Below the pieces are notes generated by a model. It was not told the origin of the DNA. It did no database searches and saw nothing but the letters and a program-made list of their open reading frames with translations. Position numbers and translations under genes: made by a program. DNA of 64,000 nucleotides from Squalus acanthias. Its lineage: Eukaryota. The stretch covers positions 53,880,001-53,944,000 of the forward strand of contig CM059432.1 of NCBI GenBank assembly GCA_030390025.1. The letters are read 5' to 3'. This document shows positions 36,864 through 50,324 of this stretch, piece after piece; the stretch's first letter is position 1, and each line of letters begins with the position of its first letter.

Positions 36864-39800
36864 TAATGTAAGGAAGTGCAGCACTTTGATATTTTGTGAG
36901 AATAAATGTAACTAACTTTTAGAAGCTGCAACACTCTGGAGACTAAACAACCTTTGAATGACTGAATTCAACTCTTGAACTATCTCAAACTGACAAGGAA
37001 GCAGTGAAACAGCACTAACCTGACAGCTGCGACTCATTACTAATGATCCCTTTAAATAGCGCCCCTGGAGCCGGCATCCACCTGCGTGACGCCTCCTCTC
37101 CCTGTCGCTGTCGGAACCAGGCGCTAAGGCAGGGGGGTAATACTCAATTTGGCAGATCGGGCACCCAGTGAGTGTTGCACGCTCGCTGACATCACGATCT
37201 GCCTGGCGCTAACTCGTAGCAGCGGCGCTACAGGGGGGGGCTGAATTTGGCATGCGCCGCTGGATTCACCTCGCCGCAGCGCTACTGCCTCAGCGCCCCG
37301 TTAGCACCCCTGCCAGGCACTAACTGGAGGCACTACAGTACCGAATTTCTCCCGCTAAGACTTTTGAATAAGAAGACGGAAATATAAAAAGCAATTCTAA
37401 TGAGGTGCATTAATTCCAGTTGGCTGCATTTCTGTTGACTCATGTTGTGTAGTGAGCAGTGGACCATACTAAAAGTCTGCTCTGTGATAGTCTCTGAGTG
37501 GGTCCTCATTATCCTCCCCTTCTTCCTCTTCAGAACAAAGGTAAGGGAATAGTACAGGAAATAAATAGTCACCTGGGAGAATGGCTGCCAGAGCAAAACA
37601 TTTAAGGGATACAACCCTTAACCTAGTTAGAGGTTCCAAAGCTTGCAACAAACAGGTTTCACTGACAAAGTATGGCTCTGAGATAGAAACATGCAGAGAC
37701 TTCTGGCTGCCATCTGCTACCTGCCAATCTGCAATACTTCTTTTATACTGGCAATGCTTTCCTTGGGGATGCAGCACTGGCTGCAGAGATGGGAAATGGA
37801 GCGTTGCACAGCTAGTCATTAAAATGGAATTTTCATGTGGGGAATGGGATTGCAGTGGATTCTGTACACTGCCCACATCAGGGAGGAAAGGGAAAATTCT
37901 AATGGTGCTTTGGATCGGCGGGTAATTGGTGCTCGGCCGCTCTGTCTCATTTTGCCCGATCATCTACCCAGAACCTGCCACAAAATGGGTGGTAAATAGA
38001 AGGAAAATCCAGGCCTGTGACTCTATTTTTTAAAAAGAAATCCAATCAAACCTAAAATGTGCCAAATTATTGTATTTACTGAATTCAATAAATGATTCCA
38101 AATTAGGGGATTTTGTTCTTTCAATTTTGTTTGTCTTTTAACCCCAATCAATGGTGTTTTTACAGGGAGCAGTGAGATTATGGTGGGCGGATCTTTCTAA
38201 ACATTCTTGCGTGCTGCATCAAGATTTAATTGAAAAAATAGAATTTAAACACTGGTAAATATTATTCAAATTAAAGAGAGAAAGAAACCAGATTAATATT
38301 TCATAGCAAGTATTTCATTAGAGTGCCCATCAACCGGGTTAGTATTTACCACTTGTGTTAGCTCCATAGCTGAAGAGAATAAGAGGGATGTGGGAAGCAA
38401 TAACATCTATTGTAACATTGAAAATGAGAAATGGCTCATACAGCCCTTAACATCCAGGATTTAAAAACAATTTAAATTGAATGCTCTCATTCACAAAGCA
38501 TTTACCTTTAGAAAAATAGTTTTCTGAACTATTAGCAAAAATGCCATTTACAAACAAATGAGGAACCCATCAAAATGTAAATGTGGAGCACTCATAAATA
38601 CCCCTCTTCTATTATTGTCTTTAAAAGTTGCAAAAAATGAAAATGAAATTCTGTGTGACATCACTTGTCTTGCAATGGACCAGTGGAGGATATATTAGAC
38701 ACCCCATCTATTTTTACTGTAATGTCATGAACTGCTTTTCAATCAATATATTAAGACTGTTATGCTGCATAATGTGGAGACTTGATAGAAATGAAATGTC
38801 ACAGTACACGACATAAGACCTGCGCCACATTTTAATTAGAGTAAGTCTGAGGGATGGACGTATAAATTTACTTTAGGCATACAGACCTTTCCACTTTGTA
38901 CATACATACTGAGTTGGAATCCATTTTTATGAGCTTGTGGATATGTGTGATGTATAGAGAGTTCTGCTTTAGCTTAGCTGAAAATATTACTGGAATGAAT
39001 CAAAAAGCTGTATGTCAACTTTCAACAAAGGGTCCTTTGAGACAAGGCTGGTAGCATTAGAGTGCACTGTTACCATGGAAACCAACCTTGTCTTTTGACC
39101 AGTGTCATGAAGCTGGCCTTTAGGTATTCACCATGTATAGTTACCGTGTCTCCACCTTCACTCAGAACATAAGCTGAAGTTTCCCTAGGGATAAATATCC
39201 CCCTTTTTCACCTACTTAATTTTTATGAGGTATTTTCACAAAGAATACATTAAGTTGAACAAATTTGTTACATGCATCTAATGCCAAAATGGCCCAAATA
39301 ACTACACACATCTCAGCAACCACTTAAAGCTACTCTTCAAAATTCCTGTGCTTTTTATGAATATTTATTAATATAGATTAGATTTAAAAATCAATACATT
39401 GTCTATAGTTTTAATCTGGGATGTTTTAATGCTCGCTATATGATACATTTACCTTTTCTCTGTGTCATCTAGTCACTGGCAACAATAACAACAACAATTC
39501 CATGTCTTAATTTGACCTCAATTGTACAGTGATCAAAGGCTTAACTCGTTCTAGATTTATGAAATTAGCCTGAACACAGTAGATCGTTTTGAAAGTAGAT
39601 GTTGCAGCTTTTGCGTGATGCAGTGCCAAGATGATAAAAGCACAGCTCAGCTTGAAAGTAATAAAATAAATCACTGTGGAAAGTGAAGACAGCAAAATGC
39701 AGTCGATTTTAATTTCATTTAAGTTCACAATAACATTGCATAATGAGAATATCCTCTGAAGTTGTGGCCAGACACATTTGGCGTTGCTGATTTCTGGTAC

Positions 39801-40235
39801 CACAGATAAAGGATCAGCTCATAAACCTGCTCCAGAGTAATTCGACATCAGTTTACCAGGGGCTAAGGTTGTCAAGGGAATAAGAATTCTACTATCGCAA
39901 TTGGTTTTGGTTGTGTCTTGTGAGGCGATATAATATTCTGCAATGAAGTGGAAGGAACTGTGACTCAAAAACAATCGAAAAACATTTATATTTTGCTTCA
40001 AAATTAAAGCATTTAAATATCCACTATCAGAAACAACCTGAGTAACGTCCTGACATATTGCACCACAGAGCAATAGGATGCAGCATCTCCATGGAGTGGG
40101 TTCTTAACAATGTCAGAGACATTTGGTAAAAGTTTTGAATGAGTACATGGTGGTTCCCCTAAGAGTGGGGAGGAAGTGACATCCCAATTGGATGTTGGAA
40201 AACCCTGTACCTGAACTTCCAGAACCTAAACTCCC

Positions 40236-40720
40236 AGAAAGCCTTTGATAAAGCTGCACATAACAGGCTACTTCACAAAGGTAAGGTAACTGATATGCTA
40301 AGTAAAGCTTGAAGGGAGCAAGGAATTGGCTGAAAGAGAGGAAACTGCTGGTACGAGTTACAGATATGGTGGCAGACTGAGGAGATGTACTGAGTGAAAT
40401 TGCAAAGGATTAGTGCTAGGGCTCTTACTGTTTCTACATAAATGACCTGGATTCAGAAACGTAATGCAATGTTGGTCAAATTTACAGTTGCTATTAAATC
40501 AGGGGCAGCATTAAATTCTGATGGAACAGCTAAGGAAATACAAAAGGACCGAGGCAAAATTTGCAAACGGGCAAAACTATGACAAGTGAAAGTCAATACT
40601 AATAATTCCATAGTGTTAAACACAGGAAGAAAAAATAGAGGATATATTTACTCAATGAATTGTGTTGAACTAGCTGGGGGAGAGGCTGAAAGAGATCTGT
40701 GGATGGTGGTGTACTCAACA
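40236..40720 (+). mobile_element. Very old CR1-type RT remnant, resuming at about 44901-45570 after H2
   Basis: AAAGCCTTTGATAAAG (KAFDK), GATTAGTGCTAGGGC and ATAAATGACCTGGAT (INDLD) traces. Confidence 0.6.
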
Positions 40721-41213
40721 AAGGTAATTTTCACCTTCCCTGCCCGGTCCATAATCTGATGAAGCAGATTTCAATGGGATGAAACTCGGGCGGTTTCTAC
40801 AATGGACGGGCGATCCAGTTCCCAGGCAGTGCATTTGAAAATTAGTTCCCTAGGGGGAGAAATTCGGTATCGCCCCGTTTGGGGCGCAATTATCGACTGG
40901 GCGCAAAGTTTAGCGCCTGCCGCTAATTATCGCCTCTGACTGCAAACTTGGCTTTTGTCACCCCTGGAGGTGATTGAAGCGCTAAATCAGGCGCTGCACA
41001 CCTGTCTCAAGGCGCAAAGGCCGAGGAGCGAGGCGCTAACTCAGAGCGCGGGTGCAGCGTAGGTGATGTCAGTTAGCGATGGAACACAGACACACTGGCG
41101 CTGGCCAGTTCTTAAAGGGGAGGGTCGATCTTGCTCTCCAGCCACACCCTGCTCATTGGAGCCTTGAATCTCAGCCTGGAGAGACCTGTGACTACATTTT
41201 CCAGCCAAGGCCT

Positions 41214-43031
41214 ATGGAGAGGGTGAGAGAACGAGCTCAGCGCTTCAGCAAGCGGGCCTTGGAGGCTCTGGTTGGCACGGTGGAGCGCAGAATATCTATA
41301 CTCTTCCCTGAGAGTAGCAGGAGGCCTTTGCCGGAAGACTACAGAAGAGTGTGGAGGGAGGTGGCTCAGAGCATCTCCTCCAGGAGCATGGTGCCCAGGA
41401 CCCATACTCAATGTCGAAAAAAGTTCAACGACCTCACTCGGGTCATCGGGGTGAGTGGCTTTTTTTCAATACCTCTCCATCCCTCCATTTCAACCTCACT
41501 CTATGGCCAGAGGGTCTTAAAACCCCAATGCCCAACACTCATCCAACATCTATGGCCCTCTCATGAAACACACACGCACATTCCACACCTTGCATACAGT
41601 AAGGGCTATTCAACTATGAGAGGCACATCAGGCAAGACCATGGCTGCATACATTAAGGGCTATTCAATTATGGGAGGCACATCAGGCAAGACCATGGCTG
41701 TATATTTACTCAGACGCCGTTCTTTTTCTTGCAGGCCAAGCTATCTCATAACTGGAGACAGCAGCAACGGACGGGTGGAGGGCGGCCTCAGCTGCAACCC
41801 CTCAGCGATCTTGAGGCGCACGTCCACAGGATTGTGGCAAGCCAGGTGATCAGTCCCGTTGCCCCTGGAGAGGTCGACCCCGTTCGGGACATCAATGGTA
41901 AGGTCATCAGCTTTCTCTCCTCTCTCATTCCACTTGTCCCTTACAACACCAGCCTTAGACACTTTCAATCCAACTTACTAAATCGCTCCACTCCTTCCTC
42001 CCTTACTGCCCCCCTGTCTGAGGCTAAACCACTCTTGTACCTCCCTGCTTTCAGATGGTGATTCACCAGTTGAGGAAACAGGCCCTCAAGCAGCCAGTGG
42101 GAGTGAAGCCACAGGCAAGGAGGAAGAGGAAGCTGGAGCATCAGCGCCACCCTTTCCCGAGGAAGCCCATGCCCACACTGGGACCACGTCTTCCCTGGAG
42201 GGGAGCAGGGGGGAAAGGTCTGACGAGGGTGAAGCTCGGGGACCCAGCGGGCTGCAGAAATGCGATGTGGCTCGGGAAGCTCGGGGGCCTTCTCCCTGGA
42301 GGGAGAGTAGGCCAGCGAGTCCTGCTGCACTGGACGCAGAGGAGGAGCGGTTCTTCGCTGAAATGAACACCCAGGCGGTGGACATGCACACTCAGCTCAT
42401 GGGTGCAGTGGGAAGGGTGCCCGAATGCATTGAATCACTGGGAAGGAGTGTGGAGCACTACGCTGCAGCACAGGCGGATGCCACGCTAATGCTTAGTGCT
42501 GCAATTCAGTCACTGGCTGCCGTGATCCAATCTCAGACTAGTCTCATGCAGACTCAGATTGAGGCCACGCAAGCACTGACTGCTGCCATTGTTGTTGGTT
42601 CGGACACATTTCCCTGGGGCTCTCACTGCGCCGCAGCAGGCCAGCAATCTGTGCTCCAGCAGATTGCTCCGGATGCTGAGGTGCTGCCCCGTGGGAGTGC
42701 CAGTGTGTCGGTCGAGCAGGGAGTTGCTGTCCTCTCTCAAGATGACAGCATTCCTGCTGCCACCACAGTCCCTTCCCCATTGCACTTGCCACCGCCTCTA
42801 GCCCAGACTGCTGCCGCCCATGCAGAGTTGGTGCAGTCTGCAGCCGGGCCCTCCAGGCCCAGAGCTGGTCGAGGCCGTCCTTCAAGGGCATCTGTAGTCT
42901 CAGGTTCTGACAATCAGCAGCCTTCCACCAGCCTTGCTGCAGCCACTGGGGCCCCATTACAGAGGAGCAGTAGGGTGGGAAGGGGGGAAGTGCGCAAGGA
43001 AAGGAGATCACCCTCAAAGGGCAAAAAGTAG
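41214..43031 (+). CDS. Harbinger Myb/SANT-like DNA-binding protein (NAIF1/MSANTD-like), predicted exons 41214-41450, 41735-41897 and 42055-43031, 458 aa, uninterrupted
   Basis: RAQRFSKRALEALV...WREVAQSI...RTHTQCRKKFNDL. Canonical GTGAGT, TTGCAG, GTAAGG and TTTCAG sites. Phases 0 and 1 join without a stop (1377 nt). Confidence 0.8.
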
Positions 43032-43342
43032 GAGGTGTGACGAAATGTTGGGAATTTTTTTATTAAAGGCCAAGGTTTGTGTTCAAACTTTTGTTTAGTG
43101 TTTTGGACATTATCTCCAGGTTGTGAGAACCAGTAATGTTAATGAATGATTTTTTGTATTTGTTTCTATTAGTTTGTCATGAAGAAATGACACACACAGA
43201 GTTTGTAAAATGAAAAAGTTTTTGTATTCAAAATGTACAGGTTTGGCCATTGGAATCATTGCTGCCTTGGCCGGCTTAGGGGTTGCGGGTCGGTTTCATT
43301 CATGATGTTCTCCATGCCAGAAGCCATTTCCTCAGTAGGAGC

Positions 43343-44420
43343 CTAGAAACGGCTTGTTATCAGTCGTTGACGGACGGCCCTTGCAGTTTCAACATTGTGG
43401 GCCTCCCTCCTGCCTTGGTGCTGCTGCTGATCATCCTCCTCCTCCTCCTTCTCCTCCTCCTGGTGGTATTGGCTGGGTCCTGAGGATTGCGAGGTTATGC
43501 AGCATGCAGCACACAACTATGAATAGGGAGACTCGCTCAGGCAAGTACTGCAGGGCTCCTCCTGAGTGGTCCAGACAGCGGAACCATTGCTTGAGCACAC
43601 CGATCGTCTGCTCAATGATGTTCCTGGTGGCGAGATGGCTCTCATTGTACCGCAGCTCAGCAGGGGTGTTGGGGTTATGGAGCAGTGTCATCAGCCAAGT
43701 GTAGAGTGGATAACCCTTGTCCCCGAGGAGCCGACCTACTTGGCTGATGCGGTGCCTGGAAAAGTTCTGCCACACCAGTCTGGCGCAGGATGAAAGCATC
43801 GTGGCTGCTGCCAGGATAGCGGACATTGACAGCGAGTATCAGCTGTCTGTGGTCACAGACCAACTGGACATTTAAGGAGTGGAACCCCTTGCGGTTTCGG
43901 AAAACCTCTGCATTCTCATGCGGTGCCCGCAATGCCACATGCGTGCAGTCAATGGCGCCCTGCACCATGGGGAAGCCCGCTCTCCTCGCAAAGCCCAATG
44001 CGAGTTCATGCTGTTTGGCCGGGGTCATCGAGAGATGTACTGTCGTCTCCTTTTATAGAGGGCATTTGTGACCTATCGGATACAGCAATGGACTGCGAAC
44101 TGGGAGATATTGGCGATGTCCCCAGTAGCTGTTTGAAAGGAGCCAGTGGCATAAAAATTCAGAGCCACTGTGACCTTCACTGCCACCGACAGAGATGTCC
44201 TGGTCCTCAGTTGAGGCTGCAGATCTGGCTGCAGTAGGTGGCAGAGCTCAGTGACCACCTCCTTGCTGAAGCACAGCCTGCACAAACACTGCTCCTCAGA
44301 CAAATTAATGTAAGAGAATTGTTCCCGGAATACCCTGGGAGGGTAAGGTCACCTGTGCAGAGGCCTGTTGGTCCTTCTCCGTCTGGCCATGATTGCCACT
44401 CTCTCTCTGCGTTGAAGTAA
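43343..44420 (-). pseudogene. H2 Harbinger DDE transposase with stops and frameshifts
   Basis: [26 protein letters not shown] and IEQTIGVLK motifs split over several frames. Confidence 0.9.
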
Positions 44421-44962
44421 TGAAGGTCAAATCCAAAAGTACCTGCAAAGTGATGCTCAGTAGCCAAAACTACTTCACACAGCGATGACTCTATGCAGAA
44501 GTCTCTCTATCTCTCTCTCAGAATCTCTCTCTCTGTCAAAATGAGTGGTGCAAAAATGTCTACCACAGAAAAAGTCAGGAAGAGGGCACCTTTAAATAGC
44601 GCCGCCCCAGCCCCTCACCAACGTTCCAGTCTCCCTGTCATTGCTTGCGCCAGGCGGAAAGGAGGGGGACGCCACTCAATATCCGGTCCGGGGCGCCACC
44701 AGGGCATTGCACGCTTGACTGACGTCACGATCTGCGGGCGCAGGAGATCGGGGTGGTGAACTTTTGCGCTGCCGCAAAAACTCTAGTCAATTTCGTGAGC
44801 TGCGCAAACAGCGCTGCGCCCGGGTGCTAGTTGCTTTGCGCCCCATTAGCGCCCTCTTAGGGCACTAACGGGAGGCGCAAACCAACCGAATTTTTCCCCC
44901 TTAGTGTCTAAGGATTGAGCTATGAGGGAAGGTTAAAAAACTTCGCTTCTTCGTACTTTTCT

Positions 44963-45275
44963 TTGACAGCACCTCCCAAATCCGCGGCCTCTATCACCTA
45001 GAAGGACAAGGGCAGCAGGCGCAAGGGAACGCCATCACCTGCAAGTTCTCAAGTTACACACCATCCTGAATTGGAAATAAAGCACTGTTCCTTCATCGTC
45101 ACTGGGTCAAAATCCTGGAACTCCCTCCCTAACAGCACTATGGAATACCTTCACCACACGGACTGCAGCGGTTCAAGAAGACGGCTCACCACCACCTTCT
45201 CAAGGGCAATTAGGGATGGGCAATAAATGCTGGCCTTGCCAGTGACGCCCACCTCCCAGGAAGGAATTAAAAAAA
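44963..45275 (+). mobile_element. 3' fragment of LINE family B
   Basis: Reverse complement of 48580-48885. Confidence 0.85.
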
Positions 45276-46731
45276 GAAAGTAGATGAATGAGACAAAACT
45301 TTATAGAGGCGTAGAAGCTATTAAGGAGAATAGAAAACATTAATCTGAAACAATATTTATAGTTTAACCACAACTACAGAACAAGGATCATTGGTCCAAA
45401 TTGGTGAAAGGGAAAGTATTGTGATATTTTTCACACAAAGAATGATACCTAGAATGGTCTTCAGGATAGGGTAGTGAAGGCACAATATTTGGACTCATTC
45501 AAGATGCTGTTGGATGCTGTGATGGAAGAATCATAGGTTACTATGAAAGGATAAGCTGTATGGGTCAACTGGCCTCACTTGTCTGTACTTATCTTTGTGA
45601 TCTTCATGACTGTGTTTGCTGTGAACAAATGATAACGGTAGAAACACAAGAAATAGAAAAGAAAACGTCAGGAAGAATGGTGAATCAGTTAGACACAAAC
45701 TTCAACTGCAAAGCAAGAAAAGCAGCAATACAGAGAAGTGAAGGAGAAATAGAAAAAGGACAAAGAAAGAGATCAAACAAAAAAGGGGATTGGATCAGAA
45801 GGTTACTTTGTGATCTTATGGAAGAAACAGATTGAAAAAAGACAGAAATCGACAAGAGAAAGATTCATCCTTTTCTCTTGCCAGTTGTTTTTCTTTCATT
45901 CTTCTGGGCTGCGGCAACTCACCCTAGTGGACATTATTTATGTATGAACCTTAACAATGAGTGTTGCAGACTATTCAAACAATGAGAGCATCATAGCCAA
46001 GCTGTTGCTATCCTTGTCCAATACTTAAACAGTGCATTTCCACCAGGGACTGTTGGTTACCAGGAACCTTGGCCGTTCCTCCCCACTTTAAGCTAGGGGC
46101 ACTGAGGCCAATTGCATCATCTCTTCCCGAACACCAGCTGAGATCAGCTCGCTCACCACAAACCACAGATTGAACACTAGACCTTCTGGTTTGTTTGGCT
46201 CAGCTCTTCACTGAATAACTCATTTTGCTGAGAAAGATTAACCTAAAAAGGTAAGATAGGAAAACAAATAAAGAGGCTCGAAGAAGATCGATGATTGATT
46301 TTTTAAGGCTCTTTTCTTAAATGTTTTCACATTTAACAGTATTTGAGCATTTAAATCTTGGCAGGTTTGTGTTTTTGTGTTAACTTTGTATTTTTTATTA
46401 AATTTGTATTTGACGGATCACGTGATTGACCGCAGAACGACTGAAAGTGGTTCTTTTAAAATGTGATGACATGCTGCCACTGTGGCAACATCTATTGTGT
46501 AAAAAAATTGCTGAAGTCATCTTTATTTTTCTAATTGAAGCAAATTCCACATACTTTAAAAATGAGCCCAAATAGGCACATAGAAAAACATATGCAAGAG
46601 CAAGAGCATCCTGCATTGTGACATCATAATATTGGGATGTTGGGTATATGATCAACATAGATCAACATCCTGGGTTATACATTTTCACAATTTAACAATG
46701 CAATGAAAGAGTTTGAATGCATGAAGAATGT

Positions 46732-47097
46732 CAGCCTGGCTCCGTTGGCAGCTCCTTTGCCTTTACATTAGAAGGTTCTAAGTTTGAGGCCCACACCACG
46801 ATTTGAGTGCACAAAGCTCCAGTACGTTATTGAAGCACTCTTGCATTGTGAGAGGTGCCATCCTTCAGAGGAGGCATTAAATTGTTCACCTGAAGTTCCC
46901 ATGGGAGTATTTGAAGGGAGTTCTGTTGGTGTCTTGATTAACATTTCTCTCTCAAACAATACCAAAAAACCCAGACTAATTGGTTATTGCTGTTTGTGGG
47001 ATGCTATTGGTGAGGAATAGTTGCCATTTATACCTACTTAACAAGATCTTCTACATTTCCAAAAAGTAATTTATCATATGAAGTACTTTAAGACATG
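46732..47097 (+). mobile_element. Old Deu-type SINE; tail resumes at about 48390-48412 after a CR1 insertion
   Basis: GAGGTGCCATCCTTCAG...ATTGCTGTTTGTGGGAT...AAAAGTAATT; tail GCTATATAAAC. Confidence 0.6.
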
Positions 47098-48390
47098 ATT
47101 TACAAAGGGTAAATCGTGCTTGACTAATCTATTGGAATTTTTTGAGGGAGTAACTGGTAAAATAGATGGGGGAGAGCCAGTAGATGTGGTGTACCTGGAC
47201 TTCCAAAAGGCCTTCGATAAGGTCCCACATAAAAGATTAGCATGGAAAATTGAAGCTCATGGGATAAAGGGGAAAGTATTGACGTGGATAGAGAACTGGC
47301 TGTCAGATAGAAAACAGAGAGTTGGAATAAACGGCTCATTTTCTGAATGGCAGGCAGTAACAAGTGGGGTACCACAGGGATCTGTCCTGGGTCCCCAGCT
47401 GTTCACAATTTAGATTAATGACCTGGATCAGGGAGTCGGATGCAGCATTTCCAAATTTGCAGACGACACTAAACTAGGAGGGGGGGTGGGCTCAGAGGAG
47501 GAGACCAGGAAGCTCCAGAGCGATTTGGACAGACTGGGTGATTGGGCGGATAAATGGCAGATGCACTATAATGTGGACAAGTGCGAAGTTATCCACCTTG
47601 GGTGCAGGAACGGGAGGGCAAATTATTATTTAAATGGCAATAAATTGGGAGAGGGGGAAGTACAGAGAGACCTGGGTGTTCTTGTACACCAGTCACTGAA
47701 GGCGAGCATGCAGGTGCAACAGGCGGTCAAGAAGGCAAACGGTATGCTGGCCTTCATAGCAAAAGGGTTGGAATACAGGAACAGGGATACCTTGCTGCAG
47801 CTGTACAGGGCACTGGTGAGACCACACCTCGAGTACTGTGTACAGTTTTGGTCGCCTCATCTGAGGAAAGATGTTCTTGCCATGGAGGGGGTGCAGCGGC
47901 GATTCACCAGGCTGATACCAGGAATGGCGGGATTGACCTATGAGGAGAGACTATGTAGTTTAGGGATGTACACACTGGAGTTTAGAAGATTGAGAGGGGA
48001 CCTCATAGAAGTGTATAAAATTCTGACAGGTCTAGACAGACTAGATGCAGAAGGAATGTTTCCCTTGGCGGGTGAGAACAGAACTAGAGGACATAATTTA
48101 AGGATAAGGGCTAAACCATTTAGGACAGAAATGAGGGGGAATTTCTTCACTCATAGGGTGGTGAACCTGTGGAACTCATTGCCACAGAGGGCAGTGTACG
48201 CCAGCTCATTAAATATATTTAAGAGGGAATTAGATATATTTCTACAGGCAAAAGGGGTTAAGGGTTACGGAGAGAAGGCGGGGACGGGATACTGAATTGG
48301 AGGATCAGCCATGATCTCATTAAATGGCGGAGCAGGCTCGAAGGGCCGGATGGCCTACTCCTGCTCCTATCTTCTATGTAATCTATGTAA
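47098..48390 (+). mobile_element. 5'-truncated, relatively young CR1 LINE
   Basis: RT (DFQKAFDKVPH, GVPQGSVLGP, FADD) almost continuous to TGA at 48295 apart from a TAG at 47411; tail TCTATGTAATCTATG. Confidence 0.93.
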
Positions 48391-48576
48391 TGATACAATG
48401 CTATATAAACGTTATCATTCACTACTGACAGGTCCAGGAAAATTTCAGTCTCCTTAGTTCAGATGTTTTTTATTCTTCTGCTCTCATAGAGGACGCCGTT
48501 GAAACAAGGACAACGCTACTAAATTGTCATAAGTATTACTATCTTATTGATGACATTTAAAAAAAAAATGTTTAAT

Positions 48577-50222
48577 ATTCGTTTATGGGATCAGGGCATC
48601 ACTGGCAATGCCAGCATTTATTGCCCATCGCTAGTTGCCCTTGAGAAGGTGGTGGTGAGCCGCCTTCTTGAACTGCTGCAGTCCGTGTGGTGATGGTACT
48701 CCCACAGTGAGGGAGGGAGTTCCAGGATTTTGACCCAGCGACGATGAAGGAACGGCAATATACTTCTAAGTCAGGATGGTGTGTGACTTGGAGGGGAACT
48801 TGGAGGTGGTGGTGTTCCCATGCGCCTGCTGCCCTTGTCCTTCTAGGTGGAAGAGGTCGCGGGTTTGGGAGGTGCTGCCGAAGAAGCCTTGGTGAGTTGC
48901 TGCAGTGCATCTTGTAGATGGTACACACTGCAGCCACGGTACGCCAGTGGTGGAGGGAGTGAATGTTTAAGGTGGTGGATGGGGTGCCACTCAAGCGGGC
49001 TGCTTTGTCCTGGATGGTGTCGAGCTTCTTAAGTGTTGTTGGAGCTGCACTCATCCAGGCAAGTGGAGAGTATTCCATCACACTCCTTACTTGTGCCTTG
49101 TAGATGGTGGAAAGGCTTTGGGGAGTCAGGAGGTGAGACACTCGCCGCAGAATACATAGCCTCTGACCTGCTCTTGTTGCCACAGTATTTATGTGGCTGG
49201 TCCAGTTAAGTTTCTGGTTAATGGTGACCCCCAGGATGTTGATAGTGGGGGATTCGGCGATGGTAATGCCATTGAATGTCAAGGGGAGGTGGTTAGACTC
49301 TCGCTTGTTGGAGATAGTCATTGCCTGGCACTTCTGTGGCGCAAATGTTACCTGCCACTTACCAGCCCAAGCCTGAACGTCGTCCAGGTCTTGTTGCATG
49401 CGGGCATGGACTGCTTCATTATCTGTGGAGTTGCGAATGGCGCTGAACACTGTGCAGTCATCAGCGAACATCCCCATTTCTGACCTTATGTTGGAGGGAA
49501 GGTCATTGATGAAGCAACTGAAAATGGTTGGGCCTAGGACACTGCCCTGAGGAACTCCTGCAGCGATGTCCTGGGGCTGTGATGATTGACCTTCAACCAC
49601 CACAACCATCTTCCTTTGTGCTCGGTATGACTCTAGCCAGTGGATCGTTTTCCCCCTGATTCCCATTGACTTCAGTTTTACTAGGGCTCCTTGATGCCAG
49701 ACTCGGTCAAATGCTGCCTTGATATCAAGGGCAGTCACTCTCACCTCACCTCTGGAATTCAGCTCCTTTGTCCATGTTTGGACCAAGGCTGTAATGAGGT
49801 CGGGAGCTGAGTGGTCTTGGCGGAACCCAAACTGGGCATCAGTGAGCAGGTTATTGGTGTGTAAGTGTCGCTTGATAGCACTGTCGATGACACCTTCCAT
49901 CACTTTGCTGATGATTGAGAGTAGACTGATGGGGCGGTAATTGGCCGGATTGGATTTGTCCTGCTTTTTGTGGACAGGACATACCTGGGGAGTTTTCCAC
50001 ATTGCCAGATAGATGCCAGTGTTGTAGCTGTACTGGAACAACTTGGCTAGAGGCGCGGCTAGTTCTGGAACACAAGTCTTCAGCACGATAGCCGGGATGT
50101 TGTCGGGGCCCATAGCCTTTGCTGTATCCAGTGCGCTCAGCCGTTTCTTGATATCACGTGGAGTGAATCGAATTGGCTGAAGAATGGCTTCTGTGATAGT
50201 GGGGACCTTGGGAGTAGGCCGA
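48577..50222 (-). mobile_element. 5'-truncated LINE family B with an open 504-aa RT frame (48599-50113)
   Basis: NYRPISLLS, QFGFR, DIKAAFDRVWH, GVPQGSVLGP and FADD in a single frame. Confidence 0.93.
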
Positions 50223-50324
50223 CATGCACTAAAACAAATACAATATTTTTTTCATAACATAAAATAATTTAAATACTTTACTTTTTCTTATTCTATCTTC
50301 TCTATTCTTTCATTGGAAATTGAG

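Larger units (their letters stand above)
33027..37355 (+). mobile_element. Full-length PIF/Harbinger transposon H1 (decayed)
   Basis: TIR G(G/C)GGGAGAAATTC, TSD TAA (33024-33026 and 37356-37358), convergent Myb (+) and transposase (-) genes. Confidence 0.92.
40853..44900 (+). mobile_element. Full-length PIF/Harbinger transposon H2
   Basis: TIR GGGGGA(G/A)AAATTCGGT, flanks CTA/TTA, convergent Myb (+) and transposase (-) genes. Confidence 0.92.

Noticed and set aside
46398..46658. 86-aa ORF with a hydrophobic stretch
   Set aside because: No splice support or recognisable motif; length compatible with chance.
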